Positions 57,901 through 64,000 of a stretch of 64,000 nucleotides of DNA are shown one piece after another (within the stretch, counting starts at the first letter, position 1; the number at the start of each line of letters is the position of its first letter). The notes below the pieces were generated by a model that was given only the letters and a program-made list of their open reading frames with translations, made no database searches and was not told the DNA's origin. The position numbers and the translations under genes were made by a program. Origin of the DNA: Oikopleura dioica (lineage: Eukaryota > Animalia > Chordata). The DNA lies in assembly GCA_907165135.1 (NCBI GenBank), contig OU015566.1:8432001-8496000 (forward strand). Reading direction: 5' to 3'.

Positions 57901-60900
57901 TGAGACTTGACAAGAATTCCTTCATATCCGATTCAAAGGAAGTTTTTGATGAGAAACTTGCTTCCGTTGATTTTTCTGTAATGAGAAATTACAAGCGCCG
58001 ACAGCCGATGATCTTCCTTAGAAAAGTTTTGACATACCTCAAGATAAGTAAGGATCGTCGGACTTCCATTGTTCTCTTTTCCGGTTCCCAGGACAATTCT
58101 GATCGCGTTCATACGAAATATGTCGTGAAACTTTTGAAGCAGCATCAGATCGCTTTTAGCTCTCTCATCGTTGCACCAAACGGCAAGGATTTCTCAAGTT
58201 TAACTGAATACGATTACAAAGGCCTTCATTTTTTCATGTCGCGTTCTGTCCGAGCGGCAACTCAACCGTACGTCATCGACGAAGTTCTTACTGCGGTCTG
58301 CTCAGCGCCACTTCTCACAGCCCCTCCGAAACAGAAACTGGTCGAACAGAGATCATGTGATCTTAAAATGGAAGCCGACATCATGTTTGTCCTTGACGGA
58401 AGCTTTTCAACACGGCAGGATGGATTTGATCAGATTCTTTCATTTGTTAGTGCTACAGTTGAAGCTCTCAAAGGAAACATTCAATATGCAGCTATTCAGT
58501 ATTCAGATGTTATCACAGAAGAGTTTAATTTCAAGTACAGACTTGAAAAAGATCTTATGCAAGAAATTACTCAAATGAAGTACGACTCTGGCTGGTCTAC
58601 TTACACCGGATTAGCAATGGAGAAAGCATGGAGTATGCTTTTTGATCAACGCTACGGTGCAAGAAACTCAGTCACTAAGATAATGGTCATTGTCACAGAT
58701 GGTAAGACGAAAGATGATATTCAAAAAATCTCAAGCACGATAAGAAACTCTGGTGATACAACTGTTCTGGCTGTTGGTTTGCACACTGCTCCAATTGAAG
58801 AGCTTATTGCCTTGGCTACTTCAAAGGATCTAGCATTTTATACGCACGAGTTCGCAGACATTTTCAACCTTTTTGCGCAGCTCGTCGACAAGATTTGTGT
58901 GACTAAGGAAAACAAGCAGAAAGTGGCGACAACAACTACGACAACAACTACAACTACAATGGCTTCTACGACAAAATTGACATTTATCTCGTCTCTCGTA
59001 AATGTAACGGACGTAACGGAGCGACCTAAAACTACAACACCGACTACAACTAAAACAGCAACAACAACCACAAGAACGACTACAACAACCACACAGCCAA
59101 TAACGATCAAACAAGCTCCTGAGTCAGTTATTCTTTTGCCTGAAGATATTTCCGCCAAAGACATTGTTGACTTGGTAAATGATCTTCCATCACCTGACGA
59201 TGCTCCCCTGACAATTCTTGTTGGCGAGAAAGTTATCTTACAGAATGGATCGAAAAATGATACAGCGAGAATTGAAGACCTACTAGAAAACACGTCGGAA
59301 ACAGTCAATCTTGAGGAATTCGCGGAAAACACAAATAATGACCAAATTGTGATTCCTATTCTTACTGAGACGAACAAAGAAGCGCTGGAAGCTATCATTG
59401 ATAAGAATCCTTCTCTTGGCGAGTTAGCAATCGAAATCGAGCCAGAAATTCAAGAGGCTCCGGTCTTGAAGGAATCAAAGACCGTTATTGTTCCAAGCAA
59501 TGCGAACTCGTCGGAAATCGTAGACTTGCTGAAAGCTGTGCCTATTGCTGAGAATGAAACTGTAAAGATCGTTCAAAATGATAAAATTATTGCTTCGGAC
59601 ACTCCTGTTGATAAAATATCGGAAGCAATGCTCGACGAAGAACCAAAGCGAGAAATAGAAACTGGGGACCTGATCGGAGATGTCATTGCATTTGTAGACG
59701 CAGACAATTCTGAGATGGTCAAAGAATTGCCAATCGAACCACTCGTTGTGATTGTCGATGAAGATGTTCAGAAGGAAAATTTCAATAACATAGTGGCCAA
59801 CATTTCAAGTATTGCTGAGCTTGAAACAATCGTGCTACCAGTAACAGAACCTTTTGATGAAACTGAAGAGCTCGTTTTCATTTTGCCCAAAGAAGTAACT
59901 CAGCAAGAGGTGGAGAAATTTATTGATGACCATCAAGATGTGCAAAATATTACAGTCGTTGTCGGATCTACTAAAATTCTTGAGCAAGCTAACCAAGAAG
60001 AACGAAGAGAGGAAACACTCAATGCAACAATCGCTGAAAAACTGAAGAATGCCGATGTTGTTAATGAGGAAGAGCTTCAGAATATTATGCAAGAAAAGGA
60101 AAATGTAAAGTCTATCATCGCTGAGAAAGCGCCATCCCAATCTATTGCAGACAGAATCGAACCAGAAATTACCGAGAAAATAATCAATAAAGTAGCAGAA
60201 ACTGTTTTTGGCGAAGAAACAACAACTTTACCCTCAACATCAATGCCCGCAACGGATGCTATTCAAGAAGCTCCCACTGTGTATCTGATTCCAACTGATC
60301 TCAACGAGACTAAAGTAAATGAGATTCTTACAAACTTGCCGAAAGAACAACCCGCTACTGTTTTCCTTGGTCCCTCTATTCTCGCTGAGAATCAAGCACC
60401 AGAAGAGATTCTTCCAGTCACTCAAGATCTTATTGATACTGTTGACGACTTCATCGAGTCGAAGACAAGTGACGATATCGTGGATTATGTTTTAGAAAAT
60501 GTAGATGTCGTAAAAAGTCCTGTTGTTCCAATCATTTCAGAAAAATCAAAACATCTTCCAACAAAGCTTAAGCTCGTTGGTGTCCCAACTAACCCAGTTC
60601 AAGTAGAACCTGTAGATGAGCCTGAGTTTATTAAAGAGCCCGAAAAATTTAAAAAGTCGCTTGAAGATATTCAAGAAGATGAAACTCTGAGCAGAAAACG
60701 AAGATCACTTGATATGTACTTTCCATGGGAAACCCCTGCAGCAACGATTGTCCCAGTTGTTTCCGAAGTGAAAGATAAGCATGAAGAAAAATCATTGAAC
60801 CTCTTTGTTGGAGACAAAGAAATTCTATCACTAGAACCATCATCACCAGTAGAAGTCACTGTCGATGTGATCGAACCACTTTTGATCAATCTAAATCCTA

Positions 60901-63900
60901 TTGACATCGAAACTCTGGAAAAGATGATTGACGAGGATGCTTTGACTGTGATCATTGAGCCTGACGACGCAGAAAGAGCAAATGAACTCAAAAAGCTAGA
61001 AGAAAAATTTCCTGCTCTAAAAGTGTCACCAATAGAAGATGTCCAGGTTCCGAAAGTTAATGTGGTCTCAGTTCTGCCAGCTGGTTCAAAATCGAAAGAT
61101 ATTCTTGACGGACTGGATGTTTTTAATCCTGAGGATGAAATTACCACTTTTGTGGGAAGATCTGTTGTTCCCAAAGAGGATATTTCGATTGTGACGAAAA
61201 CGGAAGATCCGAATCTTGAAGATCAGCCTAAAGTAGAAGATCTAGCTAAAGCAATCATTGAATTGAAACCAGTAGATGTCGTTCAAGTTGTCACTGAGCA
61301 GAATCAGGATGTTCTTTTGAGTCTCGATGAAGCGAAGATTCCTGTGCTTCCAGTTATCGTTGATGAAATCAAAGTCATAAAACCGGAATCAATTACCAAT
61401 CCGGATGAATTATCAATCGATCTTGTCCCTCAGCCCGTTGCGTCGATGCCTTCTTGCACAAAAGCATCTGATGTGTCAACCGATCCCCTGTCTAACCTTG
61501 CGCCCTCTTCATTTATCATTTTCCCTGACAACATTGAAGATTATAAAGAGCCTCTCAAAATTTTACAAGAAGCATCAAGAAATACAGATTCAAAGGTGCT
61601 CTTTAGAAACAAAATCTTCCATGTTCAGCCGATGTTTGAAATCGACACCATTACAAAAATACGACAATATGCAGCCGTTGATTCCTTGAATCGGCTACAA
61701 ACCGATGAACGAGGTTTATTCAAGATAAATGCTCTAATGGACCACTCAAGTATTATCTTGGTTACCTCTGAAGACACATCATCCCTGGCACAGCTGGTGG
61801 AAAAGACTTATATTTGCTTCCGCACGATTGAAATTTCGTTTTTTACTCCAACGACGACGACAACAACGACGACGACATCAACGACGACAACAACACCATT
61901 TGACTTGACCACTGTTCCAAAAGAGAGTCTGCCAGAAGCACTGGTTATTCTTCCTCCTGAGGTGTCGATGAACGATGCTCAAAAAATAAAACATGGATTG
62001 CCAAAAGTATTCGAAAAGGTTAATTTAGCGCCAGTCAATGACGTGGAAGCGGTCATCGAGCATGTTCAAAAGCCTGACATAATTACTATCCCTATCATCA
62101 CTCCCGAAAGCGAACAAGAGTTCATCGAGCTAGTTGAGATGGATATTTTGAAACCAGACAATGAACAAACCATCCCTGTAGCGCTGAACTACCCCGAAGG
62201 AGAAAATATACCGATCGATCTCGTCGAAGAAAGCAAACTGATCAAGGCTAAAGACGTCGACAAACTTGTTGAAGATGAAGATTTCAAAGAAAAGATTGCT
62301 GTTGAGAGCTTCACAATTATACAGGGAAGAGTTTAAATCATAAAAAATAGATATCAAAGAGTATTTCTAAACTCATCAAGACAACAACAACGACTCTTTC
62401 GACAACAACTTCATCTATTATTTCATCGAAGCCAGCGGAACCTAAGCAAGTTGTTGCATTGATTGCTTCGTCTATTCCGGAAGCTGAAGTTATCGAAATA
62501 TTAAAAGAAGCATCAGTTGAGCCAATAACTACAGTAATTATCGATGAAACCAAACCCCAAAAAGAAGTCGCAGACGAGATAAACAAATTCCTTCAATCAG
62601 AAAATTTAACTGACTCGAATTTGATTCCCGTTCTATCAGAAAAGACGCAACTTCTGCCAGAATATCTCCAAGAAAAAACTGGGAAGCGAACGAATCCTAT
62701 TTTGATTGGCGAGAAGATCAGACAGCCAATTATTCCAGAGAAGATCCGCCTTGAAGACGAGCCCAATGAAGAGCTGTTCAATAATTTGACAAAGATACGA
62801 CCAGTTATCATCGTTGCTCCTTCTGATATTGAGCCAGAAAAAGTTGAAGATATTTTAGATGAGCTAGATACAAAAGGGGATGTTGATGTCATAGTCGGAG
62901 ATGATCATATTATTCAGAAAATGCCTCTTGAAAAAGCTAAAGGTCATTTTATATCGAAAATAAGTAGAACTCATTCTGTGTTTAGAAAAGGATTTAACAA
63001 TCGCTAAACCAGCTCCACTAAAATCCGAGATTTTGGACCCCATTTTGACTCTTGCTGACAAGTCAACGGTCATCCTCCCAATTATAAATTCTTCGAATAC
63101 GGCTGAGTTCGAGAGCATCGATTCTATTCTCAAAGATGCTCCAAATGTTCTACAAGTTGACATCGAAAACGGAACAGTTCCTGAAATCATGGATGATATT
63201 AATACTCAAATCAAAAATACACCGCTCAATAAAGTCGTTGTTCTAAAAGATAAAGAGGAGCCGGACGACCGGATTGATGAAATCATTCCGTTTCTGGAAG
63301 AAAAAGGTATGATAACTAGCTTATCTTTTCTAACTGTTCTACAAGCCGATATTCTTGAAATACTGTCGTCAGATGAACTACCAACGAAAGATGTGACTGG
63401 AACGAGCCTTATCCTGCCAATTTCGTCGGAACAATCACCAACGATTGTGACAGACGCAAAGGATGTTTCCATAAAAACTCAAAAACCTGTCGTTCCCATA
63501 TTTACCGACGATTTCATTGAACCCATCGTGGAGCCAGTAATCTCAAAAGACATAGAGTCTCTTAAACCTGACGAAATTAAAAGAGCGGTCCAATGCTCCG
63601 CAGTTCTCGAACCAGGACGAATGGACAGCCTGAAAGAAAAAATAATTCTTCTTCTTCCAAGGGACCTTCAAATGGCTGCAATTCTTGATCTGCTAGCCGA
63701 GATTAATGATCTTCATCCAGAGCAAAAAGTCATTTTGGCTCATCTTGGTGAAATTTACCGAATAAAAAATGGGCCGAATTTCATCGCTGAAACGAAGCAC
63801 GCCCTTCAAGTACAGTTCTGTACTACTTATGATATTTAAACGATAATTTTAGCTTGTGTTAAAACGAGAGCAGTTCTTCCAGCATAGAGACAATCTTGAG

Positions 63901-64000
63901 GCTCTCGATAAACTTAAAAATGATCTTCCAAACTCAATTATCATCAATATCATTGGCGAAACGAAAGATAAAGAATTGATTGACGAACTAGAAAGATTGA
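45912..64000 (+). CDS. Giant secreted vWF/mucin-like matrix protein (EGF repeats, C8/TIL/VWD, VWA, Thr-rich linkers, acidic repeats); continues beyond the window
   Basis: Signal-like N-terminus, tenascin-type EGF repeats, VWD CSVYGTRHMKTFDG...CGMCGNFNGDNSDDF, CVWHYDTC, VWA DIMFVLDGS...IVTDG; 6.4-kb intron 51211-57579 is phase compatible; frame slip near 47580. Confidence 0.85.
51256..51374 (+). rRNA. 5S rRNA copy 1
   Basis: 119 nt GCTTAGCGTCATACC...GTTAGTACTTACATGGGTGACC...GGGAATACC...GCTAAGCA followed by a TTTT Pol III terminator. Confidence 0.93.
51443..52129. mobile_element. TTAA-flanked MITE (GG...CC ends, Kolobok-like)
   Basis: TTAA|gggatcccccgattt ... aaatcggggggtgatccc|TTAA. Confidence 0.7.
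52302..52385 (+). ncRNA. Spliced-leader RNA gene 1 (exon 52302-52341; 3' end approximate)
   Basis: ACTCATCCCATTTTTGAGTCCGATTTCGATTGTCTAACAG|GTAAG matches the O. dioica 40-nt SL exon as I recall it; upstream about 100 nt conserved among copies. Confidence 0.88.
52745..52830 (-). ncRNA. Spliced-leader RNA gene 2 (exon 52830-52791)
   Basis: Same 40-nt exon and donor on the minus strand. Confidence 0.88.
53073..53191 (-). rRNA. 5S rRNA copy 2
   Basis: 119 nt; differs from copy 1 at two positions. Confidence 0.93.
53652..54611. mobile_element. hAT-type foldback MITE, 960 bp
   Basis: TIR TAGGGAAACTCGATGAAAAATG / ...CCCTA, arms of about 450 bp, exact 8-bp TSD CTTATAGC (53644-53651, 54612-54619). 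Confidence 0.88.
55590..55708 (+). rRNA. 5S rRNA copy 3 (mirror of copy 2)
   Basis: 119 nt followed by TTTT. Confidence 0.93.
55950..56035 (+). ncRNA. Spliced-leader RNA gene 3 (exon 55950-55989)
   Basis: Same 40-nt exon plus GTAAG. Confidence 0.88.
56396..56481 (-). ncRNA. Spliced-leader RNA gene 4 (exon 56481-56442)
   Basis: Same 40-nt exon plus GTAAG on the minus strand. Confidence 0.88.
56650..57326. mobile_element. Mirror copy of the TTAA-flanked MITE
   Basis: TTAA|gggatcaccccc ... gggggatccc|TTAA. Confidence 0.7.
57395..57513 (-). rRNA. 5S rRNA copy 4 (mirror of copy 1)
   Basis: 119 nt followed by TTTT on the minus strand. Confidence 0.93.

Noticed and set aside
58930-59100. ACA/ACG tandem tracts and CAG/CAA runs as repeat arrays or CRISPR
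   Set aside because: They are coding poly-Thr and poly-Gln tracts; no repeat-spacer array exists in the window

Overview
Compact-genome eukaryotic DNA, almost certainly the larvacean tunicate Oikopleura dioica or a sibling species: it has very short introns, a GA-AG intron, operon-like gene runs, and four copies of the 40-nt spliced-leader exon I recall for this species. Host genes include SNAP25, an ERI-family exonuclease, DNM1L, TFG, CHTOP, a miniature ARID4, COA6, MLYCD, a SAM protein, CYB5R with a nested antisense gene, CERT1 and a giant vWF/mucin-like matrix gene that runs off the right edge. Two accessory structures stand out. (1) An 18.3-kb minus-strand tyrosine-recombinase retrotransposon (6745-25069) with identical split direct repeats, inserted without a target duplication into a host exon. 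Besides RT-RNaseH-methyltransferase and YR it carries five large extra ORFs (one RING finger, four orphans). Five ORFs start just after a spliceosomal acceptor, there are two internal promoter-like clusters, and one ORF has an in-frame retained-type intron, so it looks like a giant polycistronic, spliced retroelement. (2) A 6.3-kb nested palindrome with four SL RNA genes, four 5S rRNA genes and nested MITEs, bounded by TTAA; removing it leaves a normal 75-nt intron, suggesting a mobilised SL/5S cassette. All calls are by eye from sequence and remembered family motifs; no searches were run, and exon boundaries of host genes are approximate.
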